Part shown: piece by piece, positions 52,341-64,000 of the stretch
Layout of the letters: each line of letters opens with the position of its first letter
How positions within the stretch are numbered: the first letter of the stretch is position 1
Origin: Leucoraja ocellata
Lineage: Eukaryota
Length of the DNA stretch: 64,000 nt
NCBI GenBank assembly: GCA_036785375.1
Contig: JAWMAR010000128.1
Span: 4,774,001 to 4,838,000 of the forward strand
Direction of reading: 5' to 3'
Made by a program: the position numbers and the translations under genes
The notes under the pieces: model-generated
Told to the model about the DNA's origin: nothing
What the model saw: only the letters and a program-made list of their open reading frames with translations
Databases searched by the model: none

Positions 52341-53548
52341 TGTTCGGAAGATTCGGAAGATTACCGACTATTGCAAGACCAGTATCGTTCAGAAAGAGAA
52401 GATGGTATTTCCCTTTAATGACCGATGCACAGAATGAACGAGCGAAGAGGTCGTTGTAGAAGTGTATAACACGGCAGTTGGAATTCGGGGTCTATTTTTA
52501 AGGGTTACGGGGTGGGTGCATGGGCATGTATCTTTCAAAGCGATAGAGTATTTCGAGAAAGCCGTAATAAAGCACACAGTATACTGTGTAAAGCGCACAG
52601 GGTGAATAAGGATAATGGCGGGCATGAACAAGGAAATCACTACGCATTCCGCAGCCACTTGAGTATTGTGGCCGAATGTTAAAGATATGAAGGTCCGCGG
52701 TTAGACAAATAAGACATTGATGAACCGATTCGAGGAGTGGGGGACTTCAACTGTGTGGCTTTACCGAATGCTCCGTCTCTATGATTTCAAATATGTTACA
52801 TTCTGTAGTCGAATTTGCATCGCAGAAATCTCACACAATTCTTGGGTGGGTATATTAGTTTTAAGAATGGAAGGAAGGAAAAAAGAAAGGAAGAAAGAAA
52901 GACAGAAAGGATAGATGGATAGATGGATAGATGCATAGATGGATAGGGATNNNNNNNNNNNNNNNNNNNNNNNNNNNNNNNNNNNNNNNNNNNNNNNNNN
53001 NNNNNNNNNNNNNNNNNNNNNNNNNNNNNNNNNNNNNNNNNNNNNNNNNNNNNNNNNNNNNNNNNNNNNNNNNNNNNNNNNNNNNNNNNNNNNNNNNNNN
53101 NNNNNNNNNNNNNNNNNNNNNNNNNNNNNNNNNNNNNNNNNNNNNNNNNNNNNNNNNNNNNNNNNNNNNNNNNNNNNNNNNNNNNNNNNNNNNNNNNNNN
53201 NNNNNNNNNNNNNNNNNNNNNNNNNNNNNNNNNNNNNNNNNNNNNNNNNNNNNNNNNNNNNNNNNNNNNNNNNNNNNNNNNNNNNNNNNNNNNNNNNNNN
53301 NNNNNNNNNNNNNNNNNNNNNNNNNNNNNNNNNNNNNNNNNNNNNNNNNNNNNNNNNNNNNNNNNNNNNNNNNNNNNNNNNNNNNNNNNNNNNNNNNNNN
53401 NNNNNNNNNNNNNNNNNNNNNNNATTAATTTATAACATTCAACATTAATATTATATAGCAGAAGGGCTTCACAATGTTATAATAGGATTGGCCAATGCAC
53501 CACCTCTGTTGGACCTCTCTTTGAAACTTCGCATTTTCTCTCTTTCAG

Positions 53549-54468
53549 TTAATTTGCTGGCGATTGTAATCCTGGCCCGAGGGAAGTGTGGTCTCTCCAG
53601 ATGCATCACTCGGTACCTGGTGTCCATGGCGGCGACCGATCTCCTTGTCATTATCACCGCAGTGATATTAAACCGGATCAGTGGCATTTATTTCCCAGGC
53701 AGTTTACTGAACGTCACGCCAGTGTGTAGTCTCAGCGCTGCGGTCACTTTCGCAGCTAGAGTTTGCTCCGTGTGGTTAACCGTCTCGTTTACCTTTGATC
53801 GGTTTTTAGCCATTTGCTGCCAGAAGCTGAAGGCAAAATATTGCACTGAGCGAACGGCGACTGTAGTGATAACAACGATTTGTGTGTTGAGTTGTGTAAC
53901 CAATATCCATTGGTACTTTATACACGAGCCATTATATGTGGCTGACAACATCCCGTGGTTTTGCAAACTGAAAACAATTCGTAATACCTCACTGGTGTGG
54001 ATTGCGATTATTTGGCTCGATCGCGTTCTGACACCGTGCCTCCCCTTCTTCCTGATTTTGCTGTTTAACGCGCTCACCATGCGGCATATTCTAGCGGCCA
54101 GCAGAGCTCGCAGGAGACTGAGGGCCCTGAGCAATGGAGCGACTCAGAACGACCCAGAGATAGAGAATCGAAGAAAGTCCATCGTCTTACTCTTTGCCAT
54201 CTCGGGAAGCTTCATCCTGTTGTGGATGACGTATGTCGCACGCTTTCTGTATTTGCATATCACCAACGATTCCAATTTCACCAACTCCAATGACCCCAGG
54301 TACATACTGCAGGAAGTTGCAAACATGCTTCAGCTTCTGAGTTCTTGCACGAATACCTTTATTTATGCGGCAATTCAACGAAAATTCAGGGAAGAATTAA
54401 GGAAAATGGTCACATATCCGCTCAATGGAATAGTAAAAACATTACAATTGCGGCAAATAGAAACATAG
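53549..54468 (+). CDS. GPR139-like GPCR, gene 5, coding exon 2
   Basis: Acceptor ttttctctctttcag|TT. Intact 7TM frame, 329 aa with exon 1. Confidence 0.93.
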
Positions 54469-54611
54469 AAACATAGAAAATAGGTGCAGGAGTAGGCCAT
54501 TCGGCCCTTCGAGCCTGCACCGCCATTCAATATGATCATGGCTGATCATCCAACTCAGTATCCTGTACCTGCCTTTTCTCCATATCCCCTGATCCCTTTA
54601 GCCACAAGGCC
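54457..54611 (-). mobile_element. CR1 3' tail overlapping the stop codon of gene 5
   Basis: ATAGAAACATAGAAACATAGAAAATAGGTGCAGG.. starts inside the coding frame. Confidence 0.85.
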
Positions 54612-54669
54612 CATAAGATCCCACAGCTGTATCTCAGCCCTCTCCTCCTACTGTAAGGCCGGCCCTCTG

Positions 54670-54940
54670 ATGCGACTAGTAGAGCCGCCACCTCACAGCG
54701 CCCGAGACCCGGGTTCGATCCTGACATCGGGTGCTTTCGGTGTAGAGTTTGCACGTTCTACTTGACACCGCATGGGTTCCACACGCCCATCGCAAAGGCG
54801 TGCAGTTTTATAGGTAACTTGGCCTCTGTATATTCTACCTAGTGTGTAGGTAGTGGATGAGAAATTAGAATAATATGGAAGTGGTATGAACGGGTCGGCG
54901 TGCAGTCGGTGAGTCGAGCGCAGGCCTGTTTGTGTGGAGT
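54670..54940 (+). mobile_element. tRNA-derived SINE (HE1-like)
   Basis: CCTCACAGCGCC..GACCCGGGTTCGATCCT (B box), then GAGTTTGCACGTTCT core. Reverse-oriented relatives at about 28950-29110 and 37500-37680, forward relative at about 22090-22275. Confidence 0.65.
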
Positions 54941-55438
54941 AACTCTAATAGTAAAACCCAAGGAGATCATCCATTTGTCTCAAAGACTTTTTCTCCGCCG
55001 GATATATCTGTTAGGGGTTCCGAAATATCCCCCTTCTCCAATTTATATCATTCAACGGCTCCGACACGAGTGTTAGCAAATCCCGCGACCTTAACAATTT
55101 GGCACTGTGCTATTTGAATCGCTTGTTGCACAACGACACAGCTTTGCTTAGAAATACGGGGATGGGAAAGTATGGGTAGTAAGGTTAATTTATCTACCAA
55201 TTCCACTGGCTTGCGCTGTTAATTAATGTCCAAGACACTCTACTATCATCTACCCCGTTCATTCTTTTGCTGGCTTCTAGCCATTCAGTCGGACATCAGC
55301 CAAGCCGAGTTTGAAACCAGTAACACTCTCTCAAGACTTCGGTAATAATTACATTAAAAATTAAGCTGTGTCTATCAAACATCAACGACAGTAAATGTAA
55401 ATCAATGTGTGAATGTGATGCTTCAGGGTCCGTCGCTA

Positions 55439-56020
55439 ACATCGAAACATGGAAATTAGGTGCAGGAGTAGGCCATTTGGCCCTTCGAGCCTGCAACGCC
55501 ATTCAATATGATCATGGCTGATCATTCAACTCAGTATCCTGTACCTGCCTTCTCTCCATACCCCCTGATACTTTAGCCACAAGGGCCACATCTAACTCCC
55601 TCTTAAATATAGCCTATGAGACTGGCCTCAACAACATTCTGTGGCAGAGAATTCCAGAGATTCACCACTCTCCGTGTGAAAAATGTTTTTTCTCATCTCG
55701 GTCCTAAAAGGTTTCCCCCTTATCCTTAAAATGTGACCCCTTATTCTGGACTTCCCTAACATCGGGAACAATCTTCCTGCATCGAGCCTGTCCAGCCCCT
55801 TAAGAATGCTTCAAGTTTCTATAAGATTCCCCCCTCAATCCTCTAAATTCTAGCGAGTACAAGGCGAGTCTATCCAGTCGTTTTTTCATATGAACTTCCT
55901 GACATCCCAGGAATCAGTCTGGTGAACCTTTTCTGTACTGCCTCTATGGCAAGAATGTCTTTCCTCGGATTAGGAGACCAAAACTGTACGCAATACTCCA
56001 GTTGTGGTCACCCTGTACAA
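55439..56020 (-). mobile_element. 5'-truncated CR1 LINE
   Basis: ORF2 C-terminal remnants plus tail. Confidence 0.85.
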
Positions 56021-56277
56021 CTGACAACATAAGCGGAAATGTAATATAATTCATTTTTCTGCCTCCAACAAACGGCAATTGCAATCTGTTTGACCAATTA
56101 AGATGACGTGTACGAATGATGATGCAATCGAGTTTGTTTTTGAGTTCAGGCATTGGGTTGTGATGGCAATTAACAATGGTTTCATCACCCTCTCATTGTC
56201 TCCCGGGCCCAAACACGAGGTATATTAAAGCATTCGTCCAAAGTCAAACGGTAAAAACTCATCACTGATTGGCGACA

Positions 56278-56347
56278 ATGCATGTCCCGCCGACAGGGTT
56301 GCCCTACGCTATTTACTACACAATCCTCGCAGCTATCGCCGTTCCAG
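56278..56347 (+). CDS. GPR139-like gene 6 (subfamily B), coding exon 1
   Basis: 70 nt, MHVPPTGLPYAIYYTILAAIAVP + G|gtaaaa. Confidence 0.9.
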
Positions 56348-56644
56348 GTAAAACAATCAGTCTTCTTCTTCTTCTTCTTCTTCATGCGTATGGCGTGCAC
56401 AGCCTAAAGTTGTAGATCATTGAAAGACATAAGGCCAGGACACGGTCAGAAAACAACGAGTTATCCATCATTTGCGAGTCGCTGTCCACTGTAAGCGGCG
56501 ACAGTTGGATGTCTGTCTCCCGTAAATCTTAATCAGAACCGTCTGCATCGGTTCAGGCGCCTCGGTCCAGCAAAGATGTTTTCCAGCAGCGCAGTGCAAG
56601 TGCTTCGGACCAGCCATATGCCGGAAACAGGATGTGTAACTCGT

Positions 56645-57152
56645 GATTGAAGCAGTGCAGCGTAGGTTCACGAGATTGATCCCTGGGATGGCGGGACTGT
56701 CACATGAGGAAAGATTGAAAAGACCAGGCTTGTATTCACCGGAGTTTAGAAGGGTGAGAGGATATCTTATAGAAACATATAACATTATAAAAGGACTGGA
56801 CAAGCTAGATGCAGGAAAAAATGTTCCCAATATTGGGCGAATCCAGAACCAGGGGCCACAGTCTTAGAATTATGTAGAGGTCATTTAAGACTGAGGTGAG
56901 AAAAAACGTTTCCACCCAGAGAGTTGTGAATTTATGGAATTCCCTGCCACAGAGGGCAGCGGAGGCCAAGTCACTGGATGGATTTAAGAGAGTGTTAGAT
57001 AGAGCTCTAGGGACTAGTGGAGTCAAGGGATATGGGGAGAAGGCAGGCACGGGTTATTGATAGGGGACGATCATCCATGATCACAATGAATGGCGGTGCT
57101 GGCTCGAAGGGCCGAATGGCCTCTTCCTGCACCTAGTTTCTATGTTTCTATG
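56645..57152 (+). mobile_element. CR1 LINE 3' fragment (intronic)
   Basis: [15 protein letters not shown] remnant through to the tail. Confidence 0.85.
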
Positions 57153-58610
57153 TCATATGCCGTTCAACACACTTAAATGAATTAAAGAATTGGATGCCCC
57201 GAATAAGGAAAAGGTACTTCTAAAGGTAGCTAGTCTATAACAGTGGATTCTAACTTGAAAACATAGCAAGAAATGGGGCAGTTGAATGGGATCAAGGTCG
57301 AAATGCCAGCAGTTGTTGCCATCACGAAAAACGTTCCGATGTAGGTGGACTGTCGGCTTGGATCTTTTCTATTTGATTGGGATTAGGCACATACGATATC
57401 AATCATTTGTTAGGGCCCATTGTATAAATTCATTTGTATAAATTGTGATCATACGATATAAATCATTTGTTAGGGCCCGTTGTCGGTATTGTGTGCAACT
57501 CTGGTCAACATCCTAACGAAGGGCGTGATTGCTTCGACGATGTTGCAAAGAGGTTCACGGATTTGATGGCATTGGCTACAAAGTGAGTTTGGACTAAGTT
57601 GAATTGTTTTCTCTGGAGCGTAGGAGGGTGAGGGAATACCAGATAGACGATAGAGGGTAGGTACAGTAGATCAGCCGAGTGTATGTAGAAACAAACAACT
57701 ACAGATGATGGTTTATACCAAAGATAGACAGTGGCGCTGGAGTACCTCAGAAGGTCATGCAGCATCTCTGGAGAAAAAGGTTGGGCGGCGTTTCGGTTCG
57801 GGACTTTTCTTCAGATTGAAGCGATTTACTACATTCAACCAAAACAAGGAAACGTTTGAAGCATTTTGCAAATTCCATTCACGATAAATTGGGTTTTTTT
57901 TTAACCGAGGATACGTGCACCCGATGTCAATCACTCGATTTACCCGTTCCCCATCCTTCCATGTATCGAAACTATAAACTCCAGGAAACGCAAATCTCTT
58001 TCCATCTCTCGCATTTTTCACACACCCCTCGTCTATATCCACCTATCATTTGCCAGGCTTTGCCCCGCCTATTCCACCTATTTTTTCCAGCATTCTACTC
58101 ATCTCCCCTACTTGAAGCAATCTAACGAAGGGTCCCGATCTGAAACCTCGCCTGTCCGTTCCCTCCGTAGGAGCTGCCTGGCCCGCTGAGTTGCTCCACC
58201 ATTTTTTGTTTTGCCCAAGATTCCTGCATGTCATAGAGTCAAAGAGACAAACAGCGTGGAAACACCCCCCCCCCCCCCCCCCCCCCCCCCGGAACAATTT
58301 GCCCAGGCCGACCTTACCGAGGAGTACAAGTACCAAACCTGGACTTTCCACTGGTAACTTTAATTTCATGTTTCTTATATCTTGTGTGTTATGACTGTTG
58401 GCAGATCAATTTCCCTCCTGTGATAAAGTTCGATCGTATCGTACACTAGATTGTCGAGACACTGTGTTCTTTTTTCCAATGGAAGGGTCTCGACCCGAAT
58501 CGTCATCCATTCTTTTGTCTCGAGAGATGCTGCCTGTCCCGCTCCAACATTTAGTGTCGACCACATCTATGCAACCCGTAACCTATCGTCTTTCTCTTCT
58601 CTCCCTGCAG

Positions 58611-59509
58611 TGAATCTGGTGGCGATTGTGATTCTGGCTCGGGGAGAGTGCGGACTCTCCAGATGTATCACTCGGTACCTGGTCTCCATGGCTGTGACGG
58701 ATCTCCTGGTCATTATCACGGCCGTGATATTAAACCGGCTCAGCGGCATTTATTTCCCGGGCAGTTTACTAAACATCACCCCCGTGTGTAGTCTCAGCGC
58801 CGCTGTAACTTTCGCAGCTCGAGTTTGCTCGGTTTGGTTAACCGTCTCGTTCACCTTTGATCGATTTGTAGCCATTTGCTACCAGAAACTGAAGACTAAA
58901 TATTGCACCGAGCGAACGGCGACCGTGGTTATAATAACGGTTTGTCTGTTAAGTTGTTTGACCAACATCCCTTGGTACTTCATACATGGACCGCTCTACA
59001 TATCTGGCGATGTCTCGTGGTATTGCAGATTGAAGAAAATCCTTTACACTTCGCCCATCTGGAGAGCGTTCGACGCACTCGATCGCATTTTAACCCCGTG
59101 CCTCCCGTTCCTCCTGATCTTGCTGCTCAACGCGCTCACGGTCAGACACATCCTGGCGGCGAGCCGAGCCCGCGAGAGGCTCCGCGCCGTCAGCAAGGCG
59201 GAGACTCAGAGCGACCCGGAGATGGAGAGTCGGAGGAAGTCCATCGTTTTGCTCTTCAGCATTTCCGGGACCTTCATCCTCCTGTGGATGACGTACGTCG
59301 TTCGCTTCTTGTACGTCCGCATCACCAATGACGCCAGCTTCAAAAGTTTCACCGACCCCAAGTTCCTTCTGCAAGAGGCCGCCAACATGCTCCAGCTTCT
59401 GAGTTCCTGCACCAACACGTTCATTTATGCCGCGGTTCAGAGCAAATTTAGAGATGAGCTGAAGAAAGCAGCCAAATATCCATTCACTCTAATTGCTAAA
59501 ATAATCTAG
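58611..59509 (+). CDS. GPR139-like GPCR, gene 6, coding exon 2
   Basis: Acceptor ctttctcttctctccctgcag|TG. Intact 7TM frame, 322 aa with exon 1. AATAAA at 59661. Confidence 0.93.
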
Positions 59510-59680
59510 AAGAGAAGCGATTAACTCCCATTGTCAATCCTGCAGTGAACTAACCAAATCCTCATTGCTTTATTGTTAGGATAGCATGTCACGCGGTTCT
59601 CTAGTGTGATGAATTATAATGACAAACACGTCCCACTTTCAATTTCATGCAAGTAACGTAAATAAAAATAGAGAAACATA

Positions 59681-60989
59681 CAGTGTCCTCCATAATGTTT
59701 GGGACAAAGACCCATTGTTCATTTATTTTCATCTGTTCTCCGCAATTTGAGATTTGTAATAGAAAAAAAAATCACATGTGGTCAAAGTGCATAATGTCAG
59801 ATTTTAATAAAGGCGATTTTTATACATTTTAGTTTCACCATGTAGAAATTACAGCGGTTTATACATAGTCCCCCCATTTCAGGGCACCATAATGTTTGAG
59901 ATGTAAATCAAAGTAGTCATGTTTAGTATTTTGTTGCATATCCTTTGCATGCAATGACTGCTTGAAGTCTGTGATTCATGGACATCACCAGTTGCTGGGT
60001 GTCTTCTCTGGTGATGCCCTGCCAGGCCCGTATTATAGCCATCTTTAGCTGATGCTTGTTTTGGGAGCTAGTCCCCTTCCGTTTTCTCTTCAGCATATAA
60101 AAGGCAAGCTCAATTGGGTTAAGATCCGGTGATTGACGTGGTCACAAGAATTGACCATTTTGTAGCTTTGAAAAACTCCTTTGTTGCTTTTGGCAGTATG
60201 TTTGGGATCATTGTCTTGCTGTAGAATAGACCGCCACTTTGAGGCATTTCTTTGAACTTGAGCAGATAGGATGTGTCTATACACTTCAGAATATCATCAG
60301 CAGTTGTATCATCAATGAAGATACGTGAGCCAGTACCTTCAGCAGCCATACATCCCTCGCCATCACACCCCCACCACCGTGTTTCACAGATGAGGTGATA
60401 TGCTTTGGATCTTGGGCAGTTCCTTCTCCCTTCCATACGTTTCCCTTGCCATCACTCTGATATAAGTAAATTTTCGTCTAATCTGTCCACAAGACCTTTT
60501 TCCAGAACTGTGGTTGCTCTTTCAAGTACTTCTTGGCAAACTGTAACCTGGCCATCCTATTTTTGTCGCTAACCAGTGGTTTGCATCTTGCAGTGTAACC
60601 TCTGTATTTATGTTCATGGAAGTCTTTAGCGGGCAGCGGTCATTGATAAATCGACACCTGACTACTGAAGAGTGTTTCTGATCTGTCAGACAGGTATTTG
60701 TGGATTTGTCTTTATTATAGAGAGAATTCTTCTGTCATCAGCAGTGGTGGTCTTCCTTGGCCTGCCAGTCCCTTTACGATTAGTAAGCTCACCAGTGCTA
60801 TATTTCTTCTTAATGATGTTCGAAACAGTTGATTTTGATGACCCTATGGTTTGGCTGATGTCTCTAACAGTTTTATTCTTGATTCTCAGCCTCATAATGG
60901 CTTAATGACTTTCAAGCGGCAACATGTTTGATCCTCATGTTGATAAACAGCAATAAAAGTTTCCAAAGGCGATGGAAAGACCGGAGGAA
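59681..60989 (-). mobile_element. Tc1-like DNA transposon (degenerate transposase), truncated by gap
   Basis: TA|CAGTG terminus with internal direct repeat CCATAATGTTTG (IR/DR type). Minus strand has HTH/GRPRKTT (60686-60895) and ILQQDNDPKHT catalytic motif. Confidence 0.88.
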
Positions 60990-61344
60990 NNNNNNNNNNN
61001 NNNNNNNNNNNNNNNNNNNNNNNNNNNNNNNNNNNNNNNNNNNNNNNNNNNNNNNNNNNNNNNNNNNNNNNNNNNNNNNNNNNNNNNNNNNNNNNNNNNN
61101 NNNNNNNNNNNNNNNNNNNNNNNNNNNNNNNNNNNNNNNNNNNNNNNNNNNNNNNNNNNNNNNNNNNNNNNNNNNNNNNNNNNNNNNNNAGAGGGAGGAG
61201 GGGGGTGGCCCTCTTTCTGAAATCAACAACCAGCTCCTTAGTTTTTGAGATGTTAAGTATGAGGTTGTTGTTCTCACACCACCTTACTAGCTCCTCTACT
61301 TCACTACGGTAAACGGTTTCGATGTTATTGGTAATAAGACCTGT

Positions 61345-61912
61345 AGGGATGTAATGTTAAAATTGTACAAGGCATTGGTGAGACCAAATCTGGAGTATGG
61401 TGTACAATTTTGGTCGCCCAATTTTAGGAAGGATGTCAACAAAATAGAGAGAGTACAGAGGAGATTTACTAGAATGTTGCCTGGGTTTCAACAACTAAGT
61501 TACAAAGAAAGGTTGAATAAGTTAGGTCTTTATTCTCTGGAGCGTCTTTAAAATGATGAGAGGGATAGACAGAGTTGATGTGGATCAGCTTTTCCCTTTG
61601 AGAATAGGGAAGATTCAAACAAGAGGACACGACTTCAGAATTAAGGGACAGATGTTTAGGGGTAACATGACGGGGAACTTCTTTACTCAGAGAGTGGTTG
61701 CGGTGTGGAATGAGCTTCCAGTGGAAGTGGTGGAGGCAGGTTCGTAGGTATCATTTAAAAATAAATTGGATAGGCATATGGAGGTGAAGGGAATGGGGGG
61801 TTATGGTATGAGTGCAGGCAGGTGGGACTAAGGGAAAAATGTTGTTCGGCACTACTTGTAGGGCCGAGATGGCCTGTTTCCGTGCTGTAATTGTTATATG
61901 GTTATATGGTTA
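61345..61912 (+). mobile_element. CR1-family LINE 3' fragment (GGTTATAT tail)
   Basis: LYKALVRPNLEYGVQFWSP, TRGH, FFTQRVV. Confidence 0.85.
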
Positions 61913-62387
61913 TACCTACATTTTGAGTGGTTTAAATGATCCGTGGTTTTAAATATGATTCAGTTAGCCGAGTTTAGTCACTACTCCAAGGACGGGAGTA
62001 TGTAAGTTCCTATCCCTTAAAATATTAATGCTTTATGTTTTGTTTGGTTGCAATGTTNNNNNNNNNNNNNNNNNNNNNNNNNNNNNNNNNNNNNNNNNNN
62101 NNNNNNNNNNNNNNNNNNNNNNNNNNNNNNNNNNNNNNNNNNNNNNNNNNNNNNNNNNNNNNNNNNNNNNNNNNNNNNNNNNNNNNNNNNNNNNNNNNNN
62201 NNNNNNNNNNNNNNNNNNNNNNNNNNNNNNNNNNNNNNNNNNNNNNNNNNNNNNNNNNNNNNNNNNNNNNNNNNNNNNNNNNNNNNNNNNNNNNNNNNNN
62301 NNNNNNNNNNNNNNNNNNNNNNNNNNNNNNNNNNNNNNNNNNNNNNNNNNNNNNNNNNNNNNNNNNNNNNNNNNNNNNNGTCTGCAG

Positions 62388-63300
62388 CGAATTTGGTGGC
62401 GATCGTGATCCTGCATCGAGGCAAATGCGGTCTCTCCAAGTGCATCACTCGCTACCTGCTGGCCATGTCGGCGACGGATCTACTGGTCATTATCACCGCT
62501 GTGATAATCAACAGGATCGGTGGGATTTATTTTCCGGGCAGTTTCCTGTCCATAACCCCAGTCTGTAGTCTCAGCCTCACATTGACATATGCAGCCAGGG
62601 TCAGTTCCGTCTGGTTAACGGTAACTTTCACCTTTGACCGGTTTGTAGCTATTTCCTGCCAGAAACTGAAAGCTTCGTATTGCACCGAGAAGGCGGCAGT
62701 TGCCGTCATAGGAACGGTGTGTGTGTTGGGGTGTGTGATAAGTATCCCGTGGTATTTTGTACTGGAACCAATGTATATCATCAACGACGTTCCATGGTAT
62801 TGTAAACTGAAGAAATCCGTTACACTTCGCCAGTGTGGACAGCACTGGACTGGTTTGACAGAATTGCAACCCCGTGTCTCCCGTTCGTCCTGATTTTGCT
62901 GCTGAACGCGCTGACGGTCAGACACATCCTGGCGGCCAGCAGAGCCCGCAGGAGGCTCTGGGCCCAGAGCAATGGACAGACTCAGAGCGACCCAGAGATG
63001 GAAAGTCGAAGGAAGTCCATCATTTTGCTCTTCACCATCTCCGGAAGTTTCATCCTCTTGTGGATGATGTATGTTGTACTTTTCCTGTACATCCGCATCA
63101 CGAACGACTACACCTTCCAAAGCTACAGTGACCCCAAGTTTATTCTCCAGGAAGCAGGAAACATGCTTCAACTTCTGAGTTCTTGCACCAACACGTTTAT
63201 TTATGCTGCGACTCAGGGGAAATTCAGAGACGAGTTAAAGAATATGGTTCAGTGTCCATTTAGTACGCTCGCCAAATTATATACTGCAAAAATAAATTGA
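62388..63300 (+). pseudogene. GPR139-like GPCR, gene 7 (subfamily B), exon 2 with a 1-nt frameshift (pseudogene or sequencing error)
   Basis: Acceptor tctgcag|CG. AAGAAATCCGT at about 62810-62820 lacks one base relative to gene 6 (AAGAAAATCCTT). Both halves are otherwise open. Exon 1 not seen and is probably in a gap. Confidence 0.8.
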
Positions 63301-63379
63301 AATAATCAGGAAATAATGATTGTGGCCTTCAATTAAATTGGCACAGAACTAGAAATTTAGAAGTTTAGAAGTATCAGTG

Positions 63380-63762
63380 CACTGGAGTTTGGAAGGATGA
63401 GGTGGGGGGGGGGGGGGGGGGGGGGTCTTATAGAAACATATAAAATTATAAATGGACAGGCCAAGCTACATGTAGGAAAAATATTCCCAATGTTGGGCGA
63501 GACCAGAACCAGGGGCCACAATCTTAGAATAAAGGGGAGGTCATTTAAGACTGAGGTGAGAAAATACTTTGTGGCCAAGTCACTGGATGGATTTAAGCGA
63601 GAGTTAGAAGGAGCTCCCGGGGCTAGTGGAGTTAAGGGATATGGGGAGAAGGCAGGCACGGGTTATTGATAGGAGACGATCAGCCATGATCACAATGAAT
63701 GGCGGTGCTGGCTCGAAGGGCCGAATGGCCTCCTCCTGCACCTATTTTCTATGTTTCTATGT
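63380..63762 (+). mobile_element. CR1 LINE 3' fragment
   Basis: ORF 63397-63669 ending GEKAGTGY plus tail. Confidence 0.85.
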
Positions 63763-64000
63763 ACATTTACTTTATAAACAGTGATTATTTTTTTGCGGGA
63801 TGGAAGTTTTGTAGCATCTATAAACATTTCACCATCTGTAAGTCCAGGAACAGTGCAGTGATTTCAAATGTATGGTGTCAATATCCCCGCTCCATCCGCC
63901 TTGTCCAACAACACATTCTGTTTCATTTTACTTATATTTTTTATTATATTTGCATTGAATATTTTGCGAGAAAGATACGGCCCACCCTGTCCACGCCGCA

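Noticed and set aside
53488-53548. N-terminal extensions of the ORF-track GPCRs (also 58451-58610)
   Set aside because: Intronic sequence upstream of clear splice acceptors. The true N-termini come from the 70-nt exons.
1-64000. CRISPR arrays, rRNA or genuine tRNA genes
   Set aside because: None seen. The tRNA-like B boxes belong to SINE heads.

Overview
Vertebrate genomic DNA, most likely a cartilaginous fish such as a skate or ray (inferred from the CR1/HER1-type LINE tails, HE1-like SINEs and the receptor family). It is repeat-rich and has four assembly gaps (19130-19329, 52951-53423, 60990-61189, 62058-62379). The main content is a tandem cluster of seven GPR139/GPR142-like class A GPCR genes in two subfamilies. 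Five are complete two-exon genes with a 70-nt first coding exon that the ORF track misses. One is truncated by a gap, and one has a 1-nt frameshift. The paralogues vary at predicted ligand-pocket positions, show a gene-conversion tract and share a proximal promoter motif. About 3.4 kb from the first receptor is a single T-cell receptor alpha/delta-like V segment with an RSS pointing into the cluster, and no D, J or C was seen in the window. Mobile elements include a near full-length CR1 LINE nested in an older CR1, many 5'-truncated CR1 tails, Harbinger-type MITEs, two Tc1-superfamily remnants, Rex/Babar-like fragments, and short Penelope-like insertions carrying a minimal hammerhead-ribozyme core.
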